DNA of 64,000 nt from Clostridiaceae bacterium. GTDB taxonomy: Bacteria > Bacillota > Clostridia > Christensenellales > CAG-138. The position numbers and the translations under genes were made by a program. The stretch is taken from NCBI GenBank assembly GCA_039683415.1, contig JBDKRL010000006.1, positions 13,839 through 77,838 of the forward strand, read 5' to 3'. The notes under the pieces are model-generated. The model saw only the letters and a list, made by a program, of their open reading frames with translations, was not told the DNA's origin and did not search any database. This document shows positions 40,613-48,490 of the stretch, in pieces. Position 1 is the stretch's first letter; every line of letters starts with the position of its first letter.

Positions 40613-41098
40613 TCAGCCCAAAAGCGCTTTCGCGTAAGCGCGCGCAAGGCTGCTCAGGGACATTTTCGCGTTCGCGGCGCTGGGCGAGGGGAGCGCCGTA
40701 CAGGCAAGGTTCGTTATCGGCTCGACGAGCGCGCGGTAAAGGCGCGCTGCGGCAGCGCCCGTGCAGAGCACGCGGCGGATAGAAGAGTGCGCAATCAGCG
40801 CGGGGATGTCGTTGGCAACGGGGTTACGGATGCTGGCGTCACTGGCGCCGGTGATGTCGCAGCTATGGAGCACGTCCCAGAGCGCGAGGCGGTGATTCAG
40901 CAAAAAAGCGGTCTTTTCTTCGACCGTTTGGGGCGGCTTACCGCCGTAGACCAGCGCAAGCGCGGGCCAGAACCGGTTCTGCGGGTGCGCGTAATAAAAC
41001 GCGGCCTCGCGCGATTTCGGCGAAGGCATGGTGCCGAGAATCAATATTTCGCTCTCGCTTGTGAACACCGGAGGGATGGTATGAAGCACTGTTTCCAT
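40613..41098 (-). CDS. DNA-deoxyinosine glycosylase (UDG superfamily)
   Basis: 161 aa. ILILGTMPSPKSREAAFYYAHPQNRFW matches that family. Confidence 0.7.
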   Translation of the reverse strand: METVLHTIPPVFTSESEILILGTMPSPKSREAAFYYAHPQNRFWPALALVYGGKPPQTVEEKTAFLLNHRLALWDVLHSCDITGASDASIRNPVANDIPALIAHSSIRRVLCTGAAAARLYRALVEPITNLACTALPSPSAANAKMSLSSLARAYAKALLG

Positions 41099-41244
41099 AG
41101 TGACAGATTACTCCGTTTTACTCCGGCGGTCAAACAGCGCAGGCGCTGATGCATCCGGAAGATCTATGCCGTTTCCGCATAATATAAAATCGATGTTAAG
41201 CCGGTTTGGTTGATTCATTTTGCCGGTTCTGATAATATGGTCGC

Positions 41245-42981
41245 ATGAGTAATATCAAACGCTTTCTTTCCTATTACAAACCGCATATCGGTTTATTGGT
41301 GCTCGATCTAGGCTGCGCGTTTACCATCGCAGCCATCGACGTGGCTTACCCGCTGATGACGCAGTATATCCTGCGCACGCTGCTGCCGGAGATGGCGGTC
41401 AACTCCGCCATGGTGCGGGTGTTTGTGCTGCTGATTGCGGGCGCGCTTCTGGCGTACGTCGTGCGCGCGCTGCTGCTGTATGTGATCAACTACTGGGGGC
41501 ATCGCCTCGGCATCCTGATGGAAGCGGATATCCGCAAGGACATCTTTTCGCATATTCAGCAGCTCTCGTTCAGCTTTTTCGACAAGGTGCGCACCGGCAA
41601 GCTCATGAGCCGCGTGACCACGGACTTGTTTGACATCACCGAACTGGCGCATCACGGCCCGGAAGACGTGCTGATTTCGATCACCACGCTCATCGGCGCG
41701 TTTGTCGCCATGGCGGTGCTGGACTGGCGGCTGGCGCTGGCGCTTTTGTGCATCGTTCCGGTCGGAGTATTTTACGTGATGCGCCTCCGCATCAAAATGC
41801 GCAAAGCGTCGCTGACGGTCAAGGAGCGCGTTGCCGAAATCAACGCCGATATCGAATCCTCCATCTCCGGCGCGCGCGTTGCCAAAGCCTTTACCAACGA
41901 AGAACATGAACTGAAAAAGTTCGACAAAGGCAACCAGAGCTTTGTGCACGCCAAGGATCGCTTCTATATGTATATGGCGTTCTTCAACAGCGGCATGGAG
42001 TTCTTTATCGGCCTGTTCAACCTTGTCGTTCTCGCGGTCGGCGGGTATCTGATTTACAAGAGCAGTCTCGACCCCATCCTGCTGGTGACGTTTACGCTCT
42101 ATATCGCAACGTTCGTCCAGCCGCTCAAGCGCCTGGCGAGCTTTACGGAGCTGTATATCCTCGGCATGGCGGGGTTCTCGCGCTTTTGCGAAATTATGGA
42201 TATCGAGCCGGATATCAAGGATCGCCCGAACGCCAAGCCTCTCGAAAACATCAAAGGCGACATCTGCTTTACGGATGTTTCGTTTGCCTACGAAAGCGGC
42301 AGAAGCGTGCTTTCGCATGTCGATCTGGATATTCCCGCTGGGAAAACCCTTGCGTTGGTCGGTCCCTCCGGCGGCGGAAAGACGACGCTCTGCCATTTGA
42401 TTCCGCGCTTTTATGAACTCAGAAGCGGCTCCATCACCATTGATGGAACAGACATTCGGGATATCACCCTCCAGTCGCTGCGCCAGAACGTCGGCATTGT
42501 GCAGCAGGACGTGTTTCTCTTTGCCAGCACGGTGCTGGAGAATATCCGCTACGGGCGCATTGACGCAACCGACGCGGAGGTGGTGGAAGCCGCAAAGCGC
42601 GCGCATATCCACGACGAGATCCTGCTGTTCCCCAACGGGTACGAAACCGAGGTGGGCGAGCGCGGCATCATGCTCTCCGGCGGGCAGAAACAGCGCGTTT
42701 CCATTGCGCGGCTGTTCCTCAAGAACCCCCGCATTTTGATACTGGACGAAGCCACCAGCGCGCTGGACACGATGACCGAGCACGACATTCAGCACGCGTT
42801 CGAGGAGCTTTCCGTAGGCCGCACCACGTTGGTGATTGCGCACCGGCTCTCGACCGTCAAGCACGCGGATGAAATTGTCGTGCTGGACGAGCAGGGCGTG
42901 CGCGAACGCGGCACGCACGAAGAACTGCTTGAGCGGGGCGGCCTGTACGCGCAGCTGTATCACGCGACGATGATCGAGTAA
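41245..42981 (+). CDS. ABC transporter permease/ATP-binding protein (MsbA-like half transporter)
   Basis: 6-TM N-terminal domain. Walker A GPSGGGKTT, signature LSGGQKQR, Walker B ILILDEATSALD. Confidence 0.9.
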   Translation: MSNIKRFLSYYKPHIGLLVLDLGCAFTIAAIDVAYPLMTQYILRTLLPEMAVNSAMVRVFVLLIAGALLAYVVRALLLYVINYWGHRLGILMEADIRKDIFSHIQQLSFSFFDKVRTGKLMSRVTTDLFDITELAHHGPEDVLISITTLIGAFVAMAVLDWRLALALLCIVPVGVFYVMRLRIKMRKASLTVKERVAEINADIESSISGARVAKAFTNEEHELKKFDKGNQSFVHAKDRFYMYMAFFNSGMEFFIGLFNLVVLAVGGYLIYKSSLDPILLVTFTLYIATFVQPLKRLASFTELYILGMAGFSRFCEIMDIEPDIKDRPNAKPLENIKGDICFTDVSFAYESGRSVLSHVDLDIPAGKTLALVGPSGGGKTTLCHLIPRFYELRSGSITIDGTDIRDITLQSLRQNVGIVQQDVFLFASTVLENIRYGRIDATDAEVVEAAKRAHIHDEILLFPNGYETEVGERGIMLSGGQKQRVSIARLFLKNPRILILDEATSALDTMTEHDIQHAFEELSVGRTTLVIAHRLSTVKHADEIVVLDEQGVRERGTHEELLERGGLYAQLYHATMIE

Positions 42982-43030
42982 GCGGCCGGTAAAACAGACG
43001 AACACGTTTGCTTGAGTTGGGGGGATTGAC

Positions 43031-43612
43031 TTGAAGGGGATCGGAATCAAAAAACGCACGCTTGCGGTTATCGTCATCGTCTTGATCGTTCTCGCCGCGC
43101 TCTGGTTTCTGCGCGGGCAGACGACGGACGAACACGCGGCGATCTCCCCGCAGGCAACAAGTTCGCTGGTTGCGCTTGACGGCGCGGAAAGCGCCGCCGA
43201 ACCAGCGCAGCAAACCGAAGAACAAGCGGCGGCAAAAACGGCTGACCCGGAAAACGAAACCGCCCCGGACGAATACGGAGAATACACGGCAAAGGAAGAT
43301 ATTGCCGCGTATCTGGTCGCTTACGGGAAGCTGCCGGAGAACTTTATAACCAAATCCGAAGCGCGCGCCCTCGGTTGGGACGGCGGTGGGCTGGACGACT
43401 GCGCCTACGGCAAATGCATCGGCGGCGACGAGTTCGGCAACTATGAAGGCTTGCTGCCGGAAGAAGCCGGACGCACGTATTACGAGTGCGACGTCGATAC
43501 CCTGCATCAAAACGAACGCGGGGCAAAGCGGATCGTCTTTTCCAGCGACGGGCTGATCTACTATACGGACGACCATTATGAGTCGTTTACGCAGCTTTAC
43601 CCAACGCCGTAA
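43031..43612 (+). CDS. barnase-like secreted/anchored guanyl-specific ribonuclease
   Basis: TTG start, N-terminal TM/signal and an acidic linker. The C-terminal 110 aa parallels barnase: ITKSEARALGW, GGDEFGNYEGLLPEE..RTYYECD, RIVFSSDGLIYYTDDHYESF. The positions of K27, E73, R83, R87 and H102 are all conserved. Confidence 0.85.
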   Translation: MKGIGIKKRTLAVIVIVLIVLAALWFLRGQTTDEHAAISPQATSSLVALDGAESAAEPAQQTEEQAAAKTADPENETAPDEYGEYTAKEDIAAYLVAYGKLPENFITKSEARALGWDGGGLDDCAYGKCIGGDEFGNYEGLLPEEAGRTYYECDVDTLHQNERGAKRIVFSSDGLIYYTDDHYESFTQLYPTP

Positions 43613-43633
43613 CAAAGAGAAGAGGGGATGCGC

Positions 43634-43921
43634 ATGCAAAGAAGACGAGTCGTCGTGCTCAACGGAAAGCGGATGGACACGCGGGAACACGCGCATTCGC
43701 ACCTGGCGCGACGTCTCCGCCTGCCTTCCTGGTACGGCAGGAATCTCGACGCGCTCTGTGACTGTCTGGCGGAGATTAACGTTCCGACGGTGATTCTGCT
43801 TCGGCATGTACAGACGCTCAAGGACTCCCTGGGCGATTACGGCGGGAAACTGCTTTCGGCGCTTTCCGCCATGACGGGCGAAAATCCAAATATCACCCTT
43901 GTGGTGCACCGAAAATTCTAG
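43634..43921 (+). CDS. barstar-like ribonuclease inhibitor
   Basis: LRLPSWYGRNLDALCDCLAE parallels barstar [20 protein letters not shown] (D35 and D39 conserved). ATG 43634 follows GAGGGG; ATG 43628 is an alternative. Confidence 0.8.
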   Translation: MQRRRVVVLNGKRMDTREHAHSHLARRLRLPSWYGRNLDALCDCLAEINVPTVILLRHVQTLKDSLGDYGGKLLSALSAMTGENPNITLVVHRKF

Positions 43922-43956
43922 ACCGACGCGTGCCGTATCCAATCGGCGCGCGTTTT

Positions 43957-43983
43957 GTTTGCGGGTACGCAAAACGTTTTTTT
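43957..43983 (+). terminator. intrinsic terminator after barstar
   Basis: GTTTGCG-GGTA-CGCAAAC followed by GTTTTTTT. Confidence 0.75.
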
Positions 43984-44296
43984 ACGCGCAACCAAGCGGA
44001 TACGCCGCTGTTGACCGGAGCACGAACCACAGGGTATACTGTCAGGGTAGATATTTAAACTGAAATTCGCTTTTTCGGTCGGTCGGCGCTTCCACATCGG
44101 GCTGACGGCAACGATATACAGCAGAAACGTACGGCATTGTCAACGAAATGAACAGTGCAAAACTGTGCATAAGCGTTTTGCGTTTGCATCCCCGCTGGAT
44201 CATTTGACTATCGGGAGCAATCAAACCGAAACAGAATTCTACCGGACGCGTATACTGATCCGGAAAAATAAAAACAGAAAGTGAGGGGAAGCCGAC

Positions 44297-45649
44297 ATGG
44301 GTATGGTGCAGTCGCTGATAGACGGGCTAATCGTCTTTATGGCGGCAATCCTCCTGTTGTTTGCGGCGCTGCTTGGCGCGCTCCGCTTTTCGCGGGCGGC
44401 CAAAAGCAGACAGATTCAAAAGATGCGGGAACGTCTCATCTGCCTGCTTTCGAGGGAAGCCGAAACGCAGCGGATGAAAAACGGGCTGATCGATATGGTC
44501 AGGCCGGGCGGAAAAGAAATCTCCGCCGGTTCGATGAGCGGCAGCGGCGGCATAGAAGGCATCCGCGGCATTCGCTCCCTGCGGGGCTTGCAGGTGATTT
44601 CCGAAACGGCGGACGAACTCACCTCGCCGCAGGAGCGCGCGCGCCTCGCGCTTGCGGTCGGCGGGGAATGGTACGCGCGATACCTCAAAAAAACGCTGAT
44701 TGGCGGAACCGTCGATTCCATCGTGCTGGCGCTCAAGCTCACGGGTTCGCTGGGGCTTCGGCAGTTTGTGCCCGACATACTGACCCAGATTTACTGCTAC
44801 CGTTCGACCACGCAGGTTCAGCATATCGGCATGCTTTCGCTCTGCCTGCTCGGCGCGGAAAAGGAACTTGTCTCCATCTGCCGCGACCAGACCGTTGCGT
44901 CCCTGCTGTCGTTCCGCACGCTGGAAGAGCTGTTTGACCGGTATCAGGGCGACCGTGAACGGCTCTGCAAGGCGCTCATCGATAGCGCGGCGGATCAGTA
45001 CATCCGGCGCACCTGCATCAAAACCATCGGCGAACGCGGATATGCGCGTCTTGCCGCCAGCGTTCAACGCTATCTGACCTGCGGCAAACCGAATGTTCAA
45101 ATAGACGCGGTCCGCGCGCTGGGACAGCTGCGTTACCGGCCAGCTTACGAACAAATTCGCTCCTTTGCCTCGGATGAAAATTGGGAAATGCGCCTGACCG
45201 CCGCAACGGCGCTCGGGCTTTACGGCGTGGAGGAGAATATTGAGCCGCTCCTTTTCCTGCTCTGCGACAGTCAGTGGTGGGTGCGGTGCCGCGCCGCGGA
45301 AGCGCTGACGCAGTACCCAAACCGGGAAGAACTGCTCCGCCGGGTGGAAGCGACGAACGACCGCTTTGCCGGGGAGATGATGCGCTTTGCGCTGGATAAG
45401 GATGCTCTTTTTCAAATGGAAGCGGCCGGCGGCCGCTCTGCCGGGGAGGCGACGCCCTCTGCGCTGGATAAGGACACGCTGTTTCAACTGGAATTGGCCG
45501 GTAGCCGCTCTGCCGGGGAGGCGGCGCCCTCTGCGCTGGATAAGGACACGCTGTTTCAACTGGAATTGGCCGGTAGCCGCTCTGCCGGAGAGGCGACGCC
45601 CTCTGCGCTGGATAAGGAAGCTCTGTTTCAAAAGGAGGCGGAAGAATGA
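44297..45649 (+). CDS. membrane-anchored HEAT-repeat protein with C-terminal 24-aa tandem repeats
   Basis: N-terminal TM helix (LIVFMAAILLLFAALLGAL). HEAT-like units (DAVRALGQL, DENWEMRLTAATALGL, DSQWWVRCRAAEALTQ). Ends with 3.6 copies of ALDKDTLFQLELAGSRSAGEA(A/T)PS. Confidence 0.7.
   Translation: MGMVQSLIDGLIVFMAAILLLFAALLGALRFSRAAKSRQIQKMRERLICLLSREAETQRMKNGLIDMVRPGGKEISAGSMSGSGGIEGIRGIRSLRGLQVISETADELTSPQERARLALAVGGEWYARYLKKTLIGGTVDSIVLALKLTGSLGLRQFVPDILTQIYCYRSTTQVQHIGMLSLCLLGAEKELVSICRDQTVASLLSFRTLEELFDRYQGDRERLCKALIDSAADQYIRRTCIKTIGERGYARLAASVQRYLTCGKPNVQIDAVRALGQLRYRPAYEQIRSFASDENWEMRLTAATALGLYGVEENIEPLLFLLCDSQWWVRCRAAEALTQYPNREELLRRVEATNDRFAGEMMRFALDKDALFQMEAAGGRSAGEATPSALDKDTLFQLELAGSRSAGEAAPSALDKDTLFQLELAGSRSAGEATPSALDKEALFQKEAEE
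45389..45649 (+). repeat. 72-bp in-frame tandem repeat, about 3.6 copies
   Basis: Copies start at 45389, 45461, 45533 and 45605 (partial). The middle copies are near-identical. Confidence 0.95.
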
Positions 45650-47238
45650 ACCTGATTCTGCGTGAAACCGTCCTCGTTTTGAACTATCTGCTTTTGTTTG
45701 CCGCTCTCGCAGGCGGGACGGTGTATTTTATCGAGCTTTGCTTCTCCGCCGTAAAAACAGGCAAGTACGTCCGCTCGCTTTCGTATGTCGATTACCGCAG
45801 GTTTTTGGATTCCGAACATATGGTTCCGGTTTCGCTGATCGTTTCCGCGCGAAACGCCGCGGGCGAACTCGTTGAAACGGTGAATAACCTGCTCGCGCTC
45901 GATTTTCCGCAATACGAACTGATTGTGGTCAACGACGGCTCGGATGACGATACGCTTGTCCGTTTGATACAGGCGTTCGGACTGCTGCCGTTTCAGCAGC
46001 CGTACCGGAAACTGCTGGAGACGGGCGAAATACATACCGTTTACCGCGCGGCAAAGGACGCGCGCCTGATTGTGCTGGACAAAGCCCGTGCCGGACGGGC
46101 GGACGCGCTGAACGCGGGGATCAACCTATCTTCCTACCCGGTGATCGTTGCCGCGAACGCGGGCGTCCGTTTTGAAAAAAGCGCGCTGCTGAAAATCATG
46201 TATTCGTTTGTGAGCGATCCTTCCTGCGTCGCCGTCGGCGGCATGGTGCGCTTGGACTGCGGGCAGGGAACAGGTCAAGAAAAACTGAGCGAAACAAAAG
46301 CAGACAAACAGGGCGAAATAATAGAAGAAAAACAGAGCGAAACGACAGTTGGAAAACAAAGCGGAACAATAGAAGAAAAACAGAGCGAAACGACAGTCGG
46401 AAAACAAAGCGGAACAATAGAAAAAAAACAGGGCAAAATAAAAACAATAAAAAAACCGGTGATCGCGCTGCGCACGGTGGCCAATCTCCGCGCACGCATG
46501 ACTGGTCGGCTCGGCTATCATCTGCTCGGCGTCCATCCGCTGGTTCCGGTTGCGTTTTGCGCGCTGAATAAAGCGGTGGTCGTGGAAGCGGGCGGCTACG
46601 CGCCGGACTGCGCCGGAGAGGATATGGAGCTGCTGCTGCGCGTGCATACGCTGCTGCAAAAGAAAAAGAAGAAATACGCCGTGCGTTTTCTGCCGGATCC
46701 GGTTTGCCGGGTCTGCTCGCCGGAACGGCTCACGGACGATCAAAAGCTGCAAAAACGGCTCCAACTGGGATTGAACGACAGTCTGCGGGCGCACAGGCGC
46801 ATGGCGCTGCGCGCCGCGTACGGCAAAATCGGCATGTTCTGCCTGCCGTATTACTGGCTGTTCGGCTGCGCGGCTCCCGTACTCGAAGCATTCACGCTGG
46901 TGTTCGTTGCCCTTTCCTGCGCGCTCGGCATTGTCAGCGTATGGTTCATGGTTTCGTTCTACCTGATGGCGGCGCTTTGCCGGACGGTGCTTTCGGCGGG
47001 CGCGCTGCTGACGGAGGAAAACACGTTTTTGCTGCGTCCCAATCCCGATCGGCTGCTGCGGCTGTTTTTCTATGCGGTCATGGAAAACGCAGGGTTTCGG
47101 CAGATCAGCGCGTTCAGCCGTACGTTTGCAATCCTGGGGTACCGCGCCGAGAAAAACCGCTGGCGGGCGCAGGGGAGACCGGACGTTTTTGAGGACCTGC
47201 TGAAAAGCACAGAAAAAACGCCGAAACAACAGCATTGA
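45646..47238 (+). CDS. family-2 glycosyltransferase-like membrane protein (IcaA/PgaC/NodC-like fold, apparently degenerate active site)
   Basis: ATGA overlap with the upstream gene. Retains VNDGSDDDT, GRADALNAGI, GEDMEL and a C-terminal TM bundle. The DxD position reads VAANAG and the QxxRW position reads QKRLQL. A Lys/Glu/Gln-rich repeat insertion lies mid-domain. Confidence 0.8.
   Translation: MNLILRETVLVLNYLLLFAALAGGTVYFIELCFSAVKTGKYVRSLSYVDYRRFLDSEHMVPVSLIVSARNAAGELVETVNNLLALDFPQYELIVVNDGSDDDTLVRLIQAFGLLPFQQPYRKLLETGEIHTVYRAAKDARLIVLDKARAGRADALNAGINLSSYPVIVAANAGVRFEKSALLKIMYSFVSDPSCVAVGGMVRLDCGQGTGQEKLSETKADKQGEIIEEKQSETTVGKQSGTIEEKQSETTVGKQSGTIEKKQGKIKTIKKPVIALRTVANLRARMTGRLGYHLLGVHPLVPVAFCALNKAVVVEAGGYAPDCAGEDMELLLRVHTLLQKKKKKYAVRFLPDPVCRVCSPERLTDDQKLQKRLQLGLNDSLRAHRRMALRAAYGKIGMFCLPYYWLFGCAAPVLEAFTLVFVALSCALGIVSVWFMVSFYLMAALCRTVLSAGALLTEENTFLLRPNPDRLLRLFFYAVMENAGFRQISAFSRTFAILGYRAEKNRWRAQGRPDVFEDLLKSTEKTPKQQH
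46276..46455 (+). repeat. 48-bp in-frame A-rich tandem repeat, 2 near-perfect copies plus 2 degenerate copies
   Basis: 46321-46368 and 46369-46416 differ at one base (IEEKQSETTVGKQSGT). Degenerate copies flank them on both sides. Confidence 0.9.
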
Positions 47239-47248
47239 ATTTTTAATC

Positions 47249-47274
47249 CGCCGGGGCAAAACTCCGGCGTTTTT
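47249..47274 (+). terminator. intrinsic terminator after the GT2-like gene
   Basis: CGCCGG-ggcaaaact-CCGGCG followed by TTTTT. Confidence 0.65.
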
Positions 47275-47401
47275 GCTGCAAAGCGGCATACCGTTCGTTC
47301 TGTTTGAGATGATCACAGCCGTTTTCTCTCCCCCAGTCATCTGCGGGTGACAGCCCCCTTCGTCAGATGTGGCCAATTGATGAGGGCTTCTTAAACGCTA
47401 A

Positions 47402-47429
47402 CGCCGAGGCAACAGCTCCGGCGTTTTTT
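47402..47429 (+). terminator. second, diverged copy of the same terminator-like element
   Basis: cgccgaggcaacagctccggcgTTTTTT; about 38 bp similar to 47248-47285. Confidence 0.45.
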
Positions 47430-47481
47430 GCTGCACTGCGGCGATTCAAAAATGCAGGTAAATAATATATAAAAAAATCAT

Positions 47482-47510
47482 TTGGCAGTAGCAGATTCTT
47501 CTTGTATACT
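47482..47510 (+). promoter_or_regulatory. promoter TTGGCA-17-TATACT
   Basis: TTGGCA 47482-47487 and TATACT 47505-47510, with an A/T-rich UP-like region upstream. Confidence 0.6.
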
Positions 47511-47670
47511 ATATTTGGTGAAGATTGGCATGCTTTCATCGGTAAGCGCTCAATGATTTCTTTCCGGAAGCATATACAAGCGCCGTTCCCGCCGCGAGGC
47601 GGCAAGGCCGGAGTCCATCCGGAACATCCGACCCGCCGGGAGGCGGCATCTTTTGAAACGAGGAAAAACT

Positions 47671-48396
47671 ATGCTGCGGCTGCAGAAATATCTTGCGGAG
47701 GCGGGCGTCGCTTCCAGGCGCGCGGGCGAAGAACTGATCGCAGCCGGACGCGTCAGCGTCAACGGCGAAGTGGCGCATATCGGCATGAGCGTCGATCCCG
47801 ATCACGATTCGGTTGCGCTGGACGGAAAACCCGTCAGCAAAAAAGAGCCGACCATCACCGTTGCGCTCTACAAACCCAAGGGCGTCGTGAGCACGTCCGA
47901 CGATCCGGAAGGACGAAAGACCGTTCAGGAGTATGTGCGCAACATCCCCGCGCGGCTCTATAACGTCGGCAGGCTCGACATCAACTCCGAAGGCCTGCTG
48001 CTGATGACCAACGACGGCGAACTGGCCTACCGCATGACGCACCCGAAATTCGCGGTGGAAAAGACCTATTACGCCATCTGCGACGGAAAGCTCGCGGCTT
48101 CCGAAATTGCGCTGCTCGTCAACGGCGTTCAGTTGGAGGACGGCATGACGGCTCCGGCAAAGGTGGAGCATGTCCGCGCGACAAAAACAGGGGATACGTC
48201 CTTTAGCATTACGATTCACGAAGGCAAAAACCGCCAGATCCGGCGGATGCTGGAAGCGGTCGGCCACCGCACCCTGCGGCTCAAGCGCGAACGGTTCGGG
48301 CCGATTACGCTCGGCGAAATGCAGCCGGGGGAAGTGCGCCAGCTGACGGAACGGGAAGTTGCCGCGCTCAAAAGGGATCTCGTCCCGAAGAAGTAA
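47671..48396 (+). CDS. pseudouridine synthase, RsuA/RluB family with S4 domain
   Basis: Trimmed to MLRLQKYLAEAGVASRRAGEELIAAGRVSVNG (S4 domain). Catalytic GRLDINSEGLLL. Confidence 0.85.
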   Translation: MLRLQKYLAEAGVASRRAGEELIAAGRVSVNGEVAHIGMSVDPDHDSVALDGKPVSKKEPTITVALYKPKGVVSTSDDPEGRKTVQEYVRNIPARLYNVGRLDINSEGLLLMTNDGELAYRMTHPKFAVEKTYYAICDGKLAASEIALLVNGVQLEDGMTAPAKVEHVRATKTGDTSFSITIHEGKNRQIRRMLEAVGHRTLRLKRERFGPITLGEMQPGEVRQLTEREVAALKRDLVPKK

Positions 48397-48490
48397 ACGA
48401 ACTGCGAAAAGGCAAGCTTTTCAAGCAGCTTTTCGAGGGTTTACAGCCGAAGGACGGAGAAACTACGAATCTCAGAAGCCGCTGAAAAAA

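Noticed and set aside
41098-41245. Switch from minus-strand to plus-strand genes considered as a possible replication origin
   Set aside because: No dnaA or dnaN nearby and no TTATCCACA-type DnaA boxes in the 147-bp gap. Similar strand switches occur at 21.2 kb and 27.8 kb.
41308-43287. 659-aa minus-strand ORF opposite the ABC transporter and barnase genes
   Set aside because: The sense strand carries unmistakable Walker A/B, signature and barnase motifs. The antisense product is compositionally biased and has no RBS or family signature.
44327-47376. 434-aa and 416-aa minus-strand ORFs opposite the HEAT and GT2-like genes
   Set aside because: Their apparent internal repeats are just the reverse-complement reading of the sense-strand tandem repeats. 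The sense strand has RBSs, ATGA coupling and GT2 motifs.
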